Source: Trichomonas gallinae
Taxonomy: Eukaryota
Assembly (NCBI GenBank): GCA_008369845.1
Contig: MRSU01008374.1
Coordinates: forward strand, 1 to 54,721
Direction of reading: 5' to 3'
DNA length: 54,721 nt
The position numbers and the translations under genes are program-made. This document shows, in pieces, positions 41,691 to 52,046 of this stretch. Below the pieces are notes generated by a model. That model had not been told where the DNA came from. It saw only the letters and a program-made list of their open reading frames with translations, and did not search any database. The number at the start of each line of letters is the position of its first letter. Position 1 is the stretch's first letter.

Positions 41691-42360
41691 TAATTTATCT
41701 AATATTTGCTTTTCACAAAATTCTAATTTGATTTTGTATTCAATGCAGATGATTTGCAGTAATTCTCTCAATTTTTGATCACATATTGTTTTTCAATTTT
41801 TATTGATTTTATCGAACTATATGTTTGAATAAAACAATGTAAATATCAATAATTTCAATATATTACAGATGTTTTAAGGATTTTCCGTCTCGATTTTCGT
41901 GAGCAAAAAAAAATTCAATGCCTTTGCTGATATAGAGCGATAATTCACATTCATTTTTATTATCTAAACGTAAGATATTCCCAGAATGAAATAAGGATAT
42001 TACTACATGAATTGCGATATAAAATGAATATTGGGTAAATAACTGGTTATCATATGAATTTCGTAAAATGGATAGAACATGCTTCAAATATAACAATATG
42101 TTTCAATTTCGAGAGAAAGTTTCGCTAATTTTTTATTTTTGATAAAAATCATTGTTATATGATAGGTTTTTCCGTGAGAAACCTATGATTTTTCATCATC
42201 AAAATGTACATTTTTTGAATTCGCATTCAAACATCATATAAGCTACTAATTAATCTAAGAATTTCTTCTCATATTATCTTATATAAGATAGTTTTCTTCC
42301 ATTTTATATTTGATAATTTTCAAGAAAAGTTATAACGAATTTAAAGAAGATATAAAAACT

Positions 42361-44604
42361 TTAGTACAAACATTGCAAATCTTTGTATAGATCTGCGTAT
42401 TTCAATACATTGTCGTCAGTTAGTTTCACGTTGATTGTTCTGAGCAAAGCTATTGACAATGCAATAGAAGAAACTCTCGCTGGATTCGATGCCGGGGCGT
42501 CAGACTGATATAGATTCGCTGTCATTCCGCGCGCAGCACCGAATAACACAAACTGCCACGCAACACCATTAGTCAGTCCTAAAAGGAAGAAAAGGCGCAT
42601 GAGCAGATGCGGAATAAAATCGCCGCGCATAGAAACTTGTTTGATTATTGCGACGAGATTCATTATTTCATTTCTGTGCGTCTGTTGCATATCTTGGCAC
42701 GCCTGCATCTCTAGACTAGAAGCAAACACGTACCATGGCGATCTCAAGGCCTTAATGGCGACCTTCGCTGGCATCTTGAATCCCTGTGTAAAGAACTCGC
42801 AAATGAAGTGAACCAATAATCCGTAAGCTAAATCAAAGTTATTCAGCGAATCAGAGTACATGTGCATCTGCGTGATTCCTCTTGCAATCAGAGATATCCT
42901 GCCATCATACGTTTCTATTGGCTGCAGTTTTGTGAACTGAATCATGTCTGGAAGTGGACCGGTGAAATGGTGCTGCTCAATATCTGATATACTCAACGCG
43001 ATATCGCATATAAATGTGCTGGAGAGCATCAGTGAGCCAACCATGAAGTTGGAATCCCTCCATTTTGAGTTATTTGCGAGCTTTTTGAAAAGATAAGATA
43101 ATTTGTGAATCATCAGTAATCTTGCTGAAATTATGGCTGCGAACTGGTTTGTGTTAGAAACGTTGTATTTAGGGATGATTGATGCCAATTTCGTGTCACT
43201 CAGCAAAATTTCCATCAAAGATTTTTTCAAATCGATGTTTGGCTTCGGGAAATCCACCAAAACGCTGGAGATTATACCAAGGAATTCTACACAGCTTGGC
43301 TCAGATAACTTAGCTGTTTTAGGCAAATCCGAATCGATTTTCTTGATTTTTTCGATGACAAAAAAACCTGGAGCTTTTTCTATGTTATCCTGTGGCAGTG
43401 GGAACTTCAGTTTGGTGAATATCGATTCTATGTCGGGAGGTATTTTGGATTTCTGGTTGGTTTCGTTCAAATACCTTATTACAGAAATCGGAGATGAATT
43501 ATTTCTTATAAATTCAAGCGTTGACTGTTCAACTATTCTGAATAGCTTAGTATATCTATTTAGAGGAATATTATCGAGGTTAGGGAAGCTCATTATTTGA
43601 GGAATCTTTTGCATTACGTTTTTAGTTTTTCCTGCAACGAACTGTGGCCTTAGTTTTCTCATAAGTGAAGGCTTCTTATGCTTGTGTGTTGCATATGACA
43701 AGTATATCTTCCTTTTTATCGGCAAGCCAAAGGAAATCAGTTCTCTGCTGTCTCCTGCTTGTTTTGGGACTTCTACCTTTTTAAATGTCGGGGAAACAAA
43801 ACTATTTGTTGATGTTATATATGGATTCTTCATTTCTGATATGAAAACATTCGAATCTTGCGGAAAATTCATATCAATAAAATTATTTTCTAAAATTTGC
43901 GCTGTTTCGTATATTTGTTCATGTTTTATATTCTGTCGTCTCTTGATGATTATATTATTAATAAGGAGAATTGCTAAACACAAGTCTGGCTCATTTCGAA
44001 TAAAAATATTATGAACTTGATTAGTATTTGTTATTATAATCACACATAATGGGAAGTCCTGGTCCCTCAGTGATGATTGGAAATCTGTTGTGACGCCTTC
44101 AATCTGATCACATGGTAAAGTTGTTTGCGAATCAATAGAAATTTGATCGATCGAGAAAATTCCGTCTAATTGGTTGACTATGTTAAGATTGTCTTTAATC
44201 GGAATGCTAAAACTAGGGATATCGATATTTGATTTTTCAATAATCTTGCGAATTTGACAAAAACGTGTATAAAACTCATCACAATATTTAGATGAGCTGA
44301 AAATTATCGATATTTCGCTGTCTATGTAAGGAATTGTTGGTAAAAGCGAAAATTCATGAGTTTCTTTTGATTTTACGATGATAAAATGGCCTGCAAAGAG
44401 TGGAATCTGAAATTTCTGTCGATTGTCGCCAACTTCGTTGCAAAAAATGATTGGCCCGAAGAATTTCAAATGATAACTTAGATTTAAAACCGTATATGTC
44501 GGATTTGAGAATAGTATTGTCGCTTCTGCTTCATATGTTTTATCAAAAAGAGTTGGAAATTGAATTTTACATATATCTTCATGATCAACACTCAATTGCT
44601 CCAT
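42361..44604 (-). CDS. Hypothetical protein with probable C-terminal RUN-like domain(s)
   Basis: FFTQGFK...SPWYVF...RLFFLLGLTNG...LYQSDA resembles RUN blocks. An upstream RLLMIHKLSYLFKKL....W...F..GSLM segment may be a second degenerate RUN. Confidence 0.65.
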   Translation of the reverse strand: MEQLSVDHEDICKIQFPTLFDKTYEAEATILFSNPTYTVLNLSYHLKFFGPIIFCNEVGDNRQKFQIPLFAGHFIIVKSKETHEFSLLPTIPYIDSEISIIFSSSKYCDEFYTRFCQIRKIIEKSNIDIPSFSIPIKDNLNIVNQLDGIFSIDQISIDSQTTLPCDQIEGVTTDFQSSLRDQDFPLCVIIITNTNQVHNIFIRNEPDLCLAILLINNIIIKRRQNIKHEQIYETAQILENNFIDMNFPQDSNVFISEMKNPYITSTNSFVSPTFKKVEVPKQAGDSRELISFGLPIKRKIYLSYATHKHKKPSLMRKLRPQFVAGKTKNVMQKIPQIMSFPNLDNIPLNRYTKLFRIVEQSTLEFIRNNSSPISVIRYLNETNQKSKIPPDIESIFTKLKFPLPQDNIEKAPGFFVIEKIKKIDSDLPKTAKLSEPSCVEFLGIISSVLVDFPKPNIDLKKSLMEILLSDTKLASIIPKYNVSNTNQFAAIISARLLMIHKLSYLFKKLANNSKWRDSNFMVGSLMLSSTFICDIALSISDIEQHHFTGPLPDMIQFTKLQPIETYDGRISLIARGITQMHMYSDSLNNFDLAYGLLVHFICEFFTQGFKMPAKVAIKALRSPWYVFASSLEMQACQDMQQTHRNEIMNLVAIIKQVSMRGDFIPHLLMRLFFLLGLTNGVAWQFVLFGAARGMTANLYQSDAPASNPARVSSIALSIALLRTINVKLTDDNVLKYADLYKDLQCLY

Positions 44605-45285
44605 GAATCTACATATAATGAAAAATCAACATGAAATCAATAAATACGAAACATAACAAAATAAAATCTTTATTATTAATAAGCATAACATTTTAATATC
44701 AAATTAAAAAATATTTTTCTTATTTCAACAAATTTTTGATAGAAATAGAATATAATCAGTTTTATATAACAAAATTCTTATTGCGAATTGACAATTTCCA
44801 ACTTTTCAAAAATGATTCAATTTGGTATTTCTATATTGGTTTCTTAATGCGAATATTATATCTAATTGAGTATTTCCAACTTCACCTTTAATAGAAACAT
44901 TATAGATATTATAGAAGCAAAATATCGAATTAAATTCATTTTTGTGTTAACTATATTTCATAATCCAAGCATTTATGTGATAATATTGTCCATCATAACT
45001 GTTTAATCATCATAAATATACAATAAAGCGTGGTTTTCAAATCTCGATTGATTATTCTAAAAAAATTTCTCTTATTCCGCATGCATATAGCGCAGTCTAC
45101 AAAAGTAAACAACAACTTTACTTTTCTATATCCTAGCATTCATTGTATATAACAAAAAGACTAGTCATACGATTATTTTCGATTCAAAAATTGATACACG
45201 ACGATTATTTGGTCCACTTTTTTTGATGAAATATTCATTTATTTATGAAAAATTCTAAAAAATAAACTTTAAAATATATCTATTT

Positions 45286-47802
45286 CTATTCTTGTTTTTC
45301 GCCTTCTTCTTCGGCTTCAGCAGGTGCTGTCTGGGACTGTATAACATCATCAACAAGTTTCTTAACTTTCTCTGAAGAAGAAGTCTGAAGCTTTTTAACT
45401 TTTTCTAACAAACCTCCAATGTCAATGAATCTCTTCTGCTCGAACAAGAAAGCAGCGAGGAAGACCATTGCATCCTCCTGCTTGCTTCTGTTAGATCTTG
45501 AGTCGCCTTCTGGGAAGACAACGATCTTGTTAAGAGCTTCAGAAAGTTTTGCGGCATCGAGTTCATGTCTCCTTGATGCCTCGTTCAGCCACATCCTGTA
45601 GCGCATTGAGACGCCGCTCTTGTCTTCTGTTGACGCTGACTCGATGATGGCATCCAAAAGTGCTTCAGCGGCTTCCTTTCCATTCTTGAGGAAAGCGACA
45701 GTGAAATCTGACGATTTGCCGCCAATGTGGTCGATGTTGAACTTGAGCATCTCCTTGGCGAACTCGTTCTTCCTTGCTCCGAGCTTGCCGACAACATTCG
45801 TGAAGATGTTCTCGATGAAGTTGTTGTCAGATGGGGCGTGGATCATTATAGATTTGAGGATATCGAAAGCAGAATCTGCGTCGCAATCGATTCTAAGTTT
45901 GGAAGTATAGTTAGTGATTGTGCGCGGAAGCTTCTTAGCTGTGACGAGCTTAGGAATTGCAGAAGCGCAGAACTTCTTTGTGACAGCAGCGCGAACGAGC
46001 ACGTAAGCGTCGGAAGCAGCAGCATCGAATTGCTCCTGGGATATGTACTCGAAAGCACTCGCGAGAATGTGGCGGCCGAGAGTCTTGCAAAACTCGCTGT
46101 TAGACTTGATGAGCTTAGTGGAAACAGCAGCGAGAGAGTCAACGTCTGTGATATCGCCGATTTCATCCATGTCGTTCTTGTTCGCATCCTTGTGGAGCTT
46201 CTTTGACGCGATTAGTAATTTCTGAGCATTTTCAATAACTGTCTTTTCGTCGCTAATGAGTTTGACGACAACAGAATCTGTTCCCGATAATAATGTGAGC
46301 CAAGATTCACCTTCAGCTGTGAATCTGTCAACGACGTGCTGGAATAATTCGAATATTTCTTCCTCCTTTTCAGCAAGAATTTGCCTGAGCTCTTCGTTTC
46401 CTTCATCTTCTTCCTTCTTTTCTTCTTCCTCATCTTCTTCATCGCTCTCCTTCTTTTCCTCTTGCTTGTCTTTGCCGAGGGCTGCCCTGTCTTCGTTGAT
46501 GGAGTCGAGGATCTTCTGGTACAACACTTTAACGATTTCTGTGTCTTTAAGTTGCTCGCGGCGAATCTGTCCCCAAAGAAGTTCTACGTAGGCGTGGAAT
46601 GGTTTTTCGTCTTGTTCGATCTCAACATTTTCGTCGCCTTCGTTTTCTTCATCATCGCTGCCCTTCTTGGCATCATCTTTCTTCTTTTCTGGCTTTTCTG
46701 AAATTAATTTAATAATTTCTTGTGTAGTTTCATCAGAAAGTTGAGCGAGGAACTGCGAAACTTGCTTAGAGTGAAGAGTAGAAACTAAGGCAGCAGCAAT
46801 TCTTGGAACTTTGCCTTTTGTTGATTTATTAAACCTGTTAGCAGCATCAACGGCAGCCTGCATAAGAACATTGCCGTGCTTGGACTGTGCGAGCTCGCGG
46901 ATGGAGTGTTCGTGTCTCTCGAAGATCTGTAAGTATGTATTTACATCTAAAGATGGACTCTGGCAAACAGCTGTAAGAGCCATGAGTGCAACCATTGGTG
47001 TATCTGTGAACTTTGTAATTGTGTTGTTGATAAGCTGCATCGCGTTGTTTTCGGCGAGGAAGTTGTAAATTGTTGGAATATTTGGTAATTGACGAACAGT
47101 TGACTCGTATATTGAGCCAAGAGACTGTAAAATCTTGGATCCTGTTGGTGATTTAACCCATGGCTTGTTATTTAATTGAAGTGATTTATAATATTTGCAG
47201 ATTTTATACCAAAACTCTAATGAATCATAATGTGGTGGGATAACAACTGGGCCTAACTCAGCAACGAGTTCCTTGTAAGCGTATTTCTCGAATTCTTCAG
47301 TTGTATCGAAGTTAGAAATGATGATAGCGTAAAGTGTTTGATAGCCAAGTGTGCGCAATGACATGCAGGCGTTGGAAAAGCCGTGAATATTACGAATCAT
47401 GCCGAGAATAATGTCTTTTTGATTCTTAAATAAGTTTCCACGCGAGATAGCAGCCCAAGACATGAAGATTGCGACAACATTATAGCGAAGTTCGACTGTT
47501 TCTGTGCCCATTTCGAGTGTAGACTTTGTTAATTCGTAAATCTCATTTGGATTTAAGCCCTTGAGAGCTTTAATGAGCTCACTGAGAGCAAAAGCCATGT
47601 TAGCTCTGCGTTTTACATCTTTCGCACGAAGAGATTTGAATAAGCGAATGAGTAATTCGGTTGTATAATTCTTTTTTTCTTGATCAGCTGTAGTTGGTTT
47701 CGTTTTGGCAATTTGTCTAAGCTCCTCCTTGACAGCTTCGACAAATGTCTTAACTACAGCAAATGGATCTGTTGTGGTTTTAATAGAAGCAAGCAACTCC
47801 AT
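45286..47802 (-). CDS. MYBBP1A/Pol5 (DNA polymerase phi family)-like nucleolar ARM protein
   Basis: LIRLFKSLRAKDVKRRANMAFALSELI and IFMSWAAISRGNL resemble the Pol5/MYBBP1A N-terminus (LKRLI.GL...R..AR...SLAL.QLL; LFG..AL..SG.L). Internal acidic tracts. Start at ATG 47802. Confidence 0.6.
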   Translation of the reverse strand: MELLASIKTTTDPFAVVKTFVEAVKEELRQIAKTKPTTADQEKKNYTTELLIRLFKSLRAKDVKRRANMAFALSELIKALKGLNPNEIYELTKSTLEMGTETVELRYNVVAIFMSWAAISRGNLFKNQKDIILGMIRNIHGFSNACMSLRTLGYQTLYAIIISNFDTTEEFEKYAYKELVAELGPVVIPPHYDSLEFWYKICKYYKSLQLNNKPWVKSPTGSKILQSLGSIYESTVRQLPNIPTIYNFLAENNAMQLINNTITKFTDTPMVALMALTAVCQSPSLDVNTYLQIFERHEHSIRELAQSKHGNVLMQAAVDAANRFNKSTKGKVPRIAAALVSTLHSKQVSQFLAQLSDETTQEIIKLISEKPEKKKDDAKKGSDDEENEGDENVEIEQDEKPFHAYVELLWGQIRREQLKDTEIVKVLYQKILDSINEDRAALGKDKQEEKKESDEEDEEEEKKEEDEGNEELRQILAEKEEEIFELFQHVVDRFTAEGESWLTLLSGTDSVVVKLISDEKTVIENAQKLLIASKKLHKDANKNDMDEIGDITDVDSLAAVSTKLIKSNSEFCKTLGRHILASAFEYISQEQFDAAASDAYVLVRAAVTKKFCASAIPKLVTAKKLPRTITNYTSKLRIDCDADSAFDILKSIMIHAPSDNNFIENIFTNVVGKLGARKNEFAKEMLKFNIDHIGGKSSDFTVAFLKNGKEAAEALLDAIIESASTEDKSGVSMRYRMWLNEASRRHELDAAKLSEALNKIVVFPEGDSRSNRSKQEDAMVFLAAFLFEQKRFIDIGGLLEKVKKLQTSSSEKVKKLVDDVIQSQTAPAEAEEEGEKQE

Positions 47803-48677
47803 TTTTTGAAAAAAAAAATTTAGACACGAAGGCATTTTTCTAGTTTTATTGGTGATTTATGCACTATATAGTACAACAATTCTATTTTCACCAAAAAATT
47901 GATTGGTTGCACCAAATATTGTGTGTTTAATAATTATGGCCTTCTTTCATTTAAAATTTCACATAACAAGGCCATATTTAATAGATGAAATTGGATTGAG
48001 TTTTTAAAGTAATTGATCTTGCACAAGAGTCTAATTACCTAACACTTTTACTATGTTATTAGAAATCTATCATCCCATTTGATCAAACATCATTTGTGCA
48101 TGAAAATTATTGATCTGAAATTAAATTACATTTTATTGACCTGTGCACGATATATATGACTTGTTGTAATGTATTAACTCTATTTTTATACATATTATGA
48201 CTCATATACCAACAAATTTTAGAAAAAAATTCCGGAATATAGTAAAAATAAATGATATAACAACTGCATATATCTAAAACTATTTCTATGGCATTATACT
48301 AATAAATGGCATGCTAATCGCAGCAAATTTCGCAATATTATAATTCTGCATAAAAATTTATTTCTTCAGCAAGATTTGTAAATGATTACCATGCGTTGTG
48401 TTGCACTATTACATCACAAATTCGATCTAATATTTACATTATATCAATTTCAATCACAGTGAAAAATTATTGGTGCTTTTTATTGCTTAATAAACTATAA
48501 TTCTATTAACTACTAATCGGATATTTCAAAATGCAGTTCATATCTGCTTTAACTCTAGTGGCAAAATATTTTTTAAAAATAATAAGCTATACAGTAGTTC
48601 ACATTAATAATATAATGCTCATTGTAAATGCAGGTGTTTTGCGCTATTGTTATAATGATTATTGAAGAAACATAAAT

Positions 48678-48929
48678 TTATTCGATAGGATTATTGCCAA
48701 GAAGAGGCTTTCTTGGATCGATATTGTATGACTCTTCCTGCTTGATGAAGCACAAAGGAAGAACAGTTATTGCTACGATTATTATTCCTGTTGTCATAGT
48801 TATAATAACACCCCAAAATGTTGGGACGTGGTGTTGTTCTGGTTCTACTGGTGTTGTTGAGTTTCCTTCTTCGCCAAGGGCTTGTCTGAAGTTGACAAGA
48901 GAATAGAATAAAAGCCAAAGAAACAGCAT
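48678..48929 (-). CDS. Type I membrane microprotein (83 aa)
   Basis: Signal peptide MLFLWLLFYSLV, N-glycosylation sequon NST, TM segment FWGVIITMTTGIIIVAITVLPLCFI, tail with DPRKPLL. Confidence 0.7.
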   Translation of the reverse strand: MLFLWLLFYSLVNFRQALGEEGNSTTPVEPEQHHVPTFWGVIITMTTGIIIVAITVLPLCFIKQEESYNIDPRKPLLGNNPIE

Positions 48930-49068
48930 AGAATTTTATATTTGTCAAATATAATATTTTACATGTCAAAAATATTAATATAAAAAAGCAAATCAAAATT
49001 TATATAAATTTATGCTCTTTATGTGTTATATAATAAGAATATCAAGTTTGCTGAGTCCAAATCATTAA

Positions 49069-50208
49069 ATGTCTGATTTGGATTTCGAACTTCGAATGAC
49101 ACCGCGTCTAAAAGGAGGCTGGAATGTTACTCCTGAAGAATATAAGGCGATGGGTTATACACCAGGTCTTCCACCTGGTTTGGTTTCAGCAACAAGCCAA
49201 AATATTCGCGAAATCTCTAGTATTTTCGAAATATGTGGATTAGAAAATCGTTACTTACAATCACCATTAGAAAATCAGCGATTGTTTCATACAGTTTACG
49301 TAGAAAATAAACCTCAAGATACAACACCAATCCAAATTGTGCAATTTTTAATAAAAGAATTAATGAAACGCGGCATGTACTCCTCACCTGGCGTAATTCC
49401 AGACTTTTTCGCATTAGAAGATCAAATTCGTTTTGGAATAATTTTCCCTTCCGAAAATGACGTTAAAAATATTATCAGTCTTGATAATAAGCTTTTACTG
49501 ATGAGTACCAAATTGCATTTTACTACACCTGAAGATTTCCATCAAATCGAACATACAGAGCCATCTTTCCTATTTTCGCAGCATCCACAACGAATTATGA
49601 TTACTAATGTTGATACTACTCAATTACGCAGCTTTCCTTCTTTCTTACAGCAGTTTTTTGGAATTGATGGATTTCTTCCTATAAAGAACATGAATGACTG
49701 TGTTTTAGTGGATGTGAAACCGCCTATGTCACCAGAAGTAGCCTCATCACGCATCGCTGGAAAACAATTTGGTAATTTCATTCTAAATTGTACTCCAATG
49801 CGATTGGTCACATCACCTGAAGATGAAGAGCTTCCTGGCCTATTCAATATCCCTTGCGATGGACTGAATCTGCAGCAAATTATTCAGCCAGATACAAGAA
49901 TAACTACTGGTGCTGCTTCTTCAGAAGCCTATGGAAAGACTTTGTACATGTTGAATGTAGTACCATTTGAAATCATCGATAATGAAGCCATGAACTCAAT
50001 GATTTCTTATGATATTGCGAAAGAGTTGGAAAAATACGGCAAAGTCGTGAAATGCACATTATCGAAAGATGAGAATTTAGGCGCAATTCGAAATTTCGGT
50101 GTAGCAATTGTAGAGTTCCAAGCTCCAGCTAATGCATTAGAAGCTCAGATATCAATTGCAGGAAGGAAATATTTAGGAAGGACCATCATTACAATTTTAT
50201 CCGAATAA
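49069..50208 (+). CDS. U2AF large subunit (U2AF65)-like RRM/UHM protein, divergent
   Basis: N-terminal GGWNVTPEEYKAMG resembles U2AF65 WDV.P...TP.QYKAM. Two degenerate RRMs. C-terminal UHM LYMLNVV...DIAKELEKYGKV...GVAIVEF...IAGRKYLGRTI. Confidence 0.7.
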   Translation: MSDLDFELRMTPRLKGGWNVTPEEYKAMGYTPGLPPGLVSATSQNIREISSIFEICGLENRYLQSPLENQRLFHTVYVENKPQDTTPIQIVQFLIKELMKRGMYSSPGVIPDFFALEDQIRFGIIFPSENDVKNIISLDNKLLLMSTKLHFTTPEDFHQIEHTEPSFLFSQHPQRIMITNVDTTQLRSFPSFLQQFFGIDGFLPIKNMNDCVLVDVKPPMSPEVASSRIAGKQFGNFILNCTPMRLVTSPEDEELPGLFNIPCDGLNLQQIIQPDTRITTGAASSEAYGKTLYMLNVVPFEIIDNEAMNSMISYDIAKELEKYGKVVKCTLSKDENLGAIRNFGVAIVEFQAPANALEAQISIAGRKYLGRTIITILSE

Positions 50209-50671
50209 TCATTATTTGTTTATTATAGAATAAAACTCAGTTATATTAAACTCAAGGAAATTTAGTCAGTCCTCGAAGTGGATTGGTCATCAAGCGATGA
50301 ATTTCAATATTTACTCGCTAACTTGAAATATACAGGCAAAATTATCATTGCTTTCAGGAATCATGTAACAATAATTGACAAAAATAAAGGTCCCGTAACT
50401 AAAAACTGCGCAGCCTATTTGTTCCAAACTTTGGCAATAGACGATGTGGTGATAAGAGAACCTTTTGGAAATGTTTTTCATATTAATATATATTATAGAT
50501 TGTTCATATTGTAAACTATTGTAACATCTCAAGGAGCTTTTACCTAATAATGAAGGACTTGCTTCGAAAGCGTTACCGAAGAAATAGAAATAGTTAGTGT
50601 CAATGTAATAATGAAAAATGCATAATAATGATTATTAATGTTGTAACTTGATGATCTTGGAAAAAACCTGA

Positions 50672-50700
50672 CATTGTAAAGTGTCATTGTAAAGTGTCAT
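50672..50700 (+). repeat. 13-bp tandem repeat (CATTGTAAAGTGT x2 + CAT)
   Basis: Read directly. It lies in a TGACA/TGTCA-rich patch about 280 bp upstream of ATG 50976. Confidence 0.8.
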
Positions 50701-50975
50701 ATGTCAAATGCCAGGTTACATTGTGTATATTTGGCAAATGATACATCAATCACATAACATATGAATTTCCTGGGAATTTCCCCGAAAAATAAGGTAATGA
50801 TGTTGATTGACGTCATTTTATAAATTGAAAGAAACTTGGTCAGTTTTCTCAAATTTATTCAATGGTTTACAAATGACCAATAATCTATAATACATATTAA
50901 TGATTTATGATGGGCGTGTAAGAAATAAAACATAGAAATTTTCTTACAAAGAATAAAGACGATAGAAAAATCAAA

Positions 50976-52046
50976 ATGTTTTCGTTGCTTTTAGAGATTT
51001 CTGCTGGATATGATTATCCACCTAATCAATGCAATGGCCGCTCGTCCTTCCCAGGTAATATTAAATATTACGTCCAAGATTATGATGGAAGTTCCAATGA
51101 ATACCAATATCACGTAAAAAAATACCACTTTTCCCCAGGTAATAAATACGATTACAACTGGCTATCTGGATCATTTTGTCCAAAACAAACTGGTAAAGCA
51201 ACGCTAACATTATATGGCTTTCCTACATTATATTATTTATTTGACGATTCTTTCCCAAAAAAAAGCTATAGTGATTACTGCCTCAAAGGTGTTACAGAAG
51301 AAATTACCCAAATGTTTTACGCTAACCGATGTTATCCATTGGCAATGGCAAGCTACACCCATTGTGGTGACGAGTTAAAAGCCTCCCTTAATGGCACTAT
51401 AATATCCAGTGAATCAGTGACTCTCCTCGATTGCTACTCAACAGATTGTTTAGAAGGCTATTACTCTGACACTTGCGAATTTGCTGTTGATGCTGATTGC
51501 AATGGAAATGGAACTCCTGAAGATGGAAGAAAGTCAAATGGACTTGGTTGTGTTTGTAATCGATTCAACGATAACATATTCTGCGAAGATACATCAAAGA
51601 ATAAATTCAATAAACCAGGAGTTACATTTAAATCATATTACAATGCATCCAAAGTCGATGTCACCGAGCATCTTAACAGTTTTGCATTTAAAGAATTCGG
51701 AGAATCCTATTCCACAATTGAATTATCAACAAATTTGTATGTTCCGCAGAATACATTCTTAGAATTCCAGTTAACCACTGTTCCAAATGCAGAGCTTTAC
51801 ATTGGTGGTGAAAAGGTTGCTGGATATTTCGATCAAACTTTTAATTGTGAAGAGAAAAATCCATACATTTATAACATTCCTAAAAAGTGGTACAAAAAGG
51901 GAATCTATTCAATCAAAATAGTCATGCAATCTGGCTGCGCTATCTATAAGCAAGGAATTGGATTGAAATGGAAATTCCATCGCTGGTACAAAAATAACCC
52001 ACCAGGTTTCGAGGAAATTCCTGCACGTTATTTAGGTGAGAAATAG
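50976..52046 (+). CDS. Secreted/surface protein, PA14-like + EGF-like + PA14-like (trichomonad variable surface antigen-like family)
   Basis: Short signal peptide. LSGSFCPKQTG...YPL first domain, Cys-rich DCNGNG...CVC linker, second domain STNLYVP...AELYIGG...GIYSIKI...LKW...FEEIPARYL. No TM anchor. Confidence 0.7.
   Translation: MFSLLLEISAGYDYPPNQCNGRSSFPGNIKYYVQDYDGSSNEYQYHVKKYHFSPGNKYDYNWLSGSFCPKQTGKATLTLYGFPTLYYLFDDSFPKKSYSDYCLKGVTEEITQMFYANRCYPLAMASYTHCGDELKASLNGTIISSESVTLLDCYSTDCLEGYYSDTCEFAVDADCNGNGTPEDGRKSNGLGCVCNRFNDNIFCEDTSKNKFNKPGVTFKSYYNASKVDVTEHLNSFAFKEFGESYSTIELSTNLYVPQNTFLEFQLTTVPNAELYIGGEKVAGYFDQTFNCEEKNPYIYNIPKKWYKKGIYSIKIVMQSGCAIYKQGIGLKWKFHRWYKNNPPGFEEIPARYLGEK

Noticed and set aside
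41863..42096. 77-aa minus-strand ORF with a faint ankyrin-like ending (YISKG...NRDGKS)
   Set aside because: Non-ATG start and too little similarity to support even a pseudogene call.
42162..42290. Hairpin ATAGGTTT..AAACCTAT and palindrome TATCTTATATAAGATA between convergent genes
   Set aside because: Short AT-rich stems are expected by chance, and there is no second copy or other context.
4974..47835. Upstream N-terminal extensions in the ORF track (starts at 5018, 12231, 17976, 19539, 21291, 23790, 31605, 47835)
   Set aside because: They use GTG/TTG or run through poly-T/A tracts and promoter motifs. Downstream ATGs fit better, although this is unverified without transcript data.
47935..47976. 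9-bp inverted repeat TATGGCCTT / AAGGCCATA upstream of the Pol5-like gene
   Set aside because: Single short stem with a 24-nt loop; not distinguishable from chance.
50762..50784. GGGAATTTCC NF-kB-like site
   Set aside because: Single occurrence, and no reason to expect Rel-family factors in this lineage.
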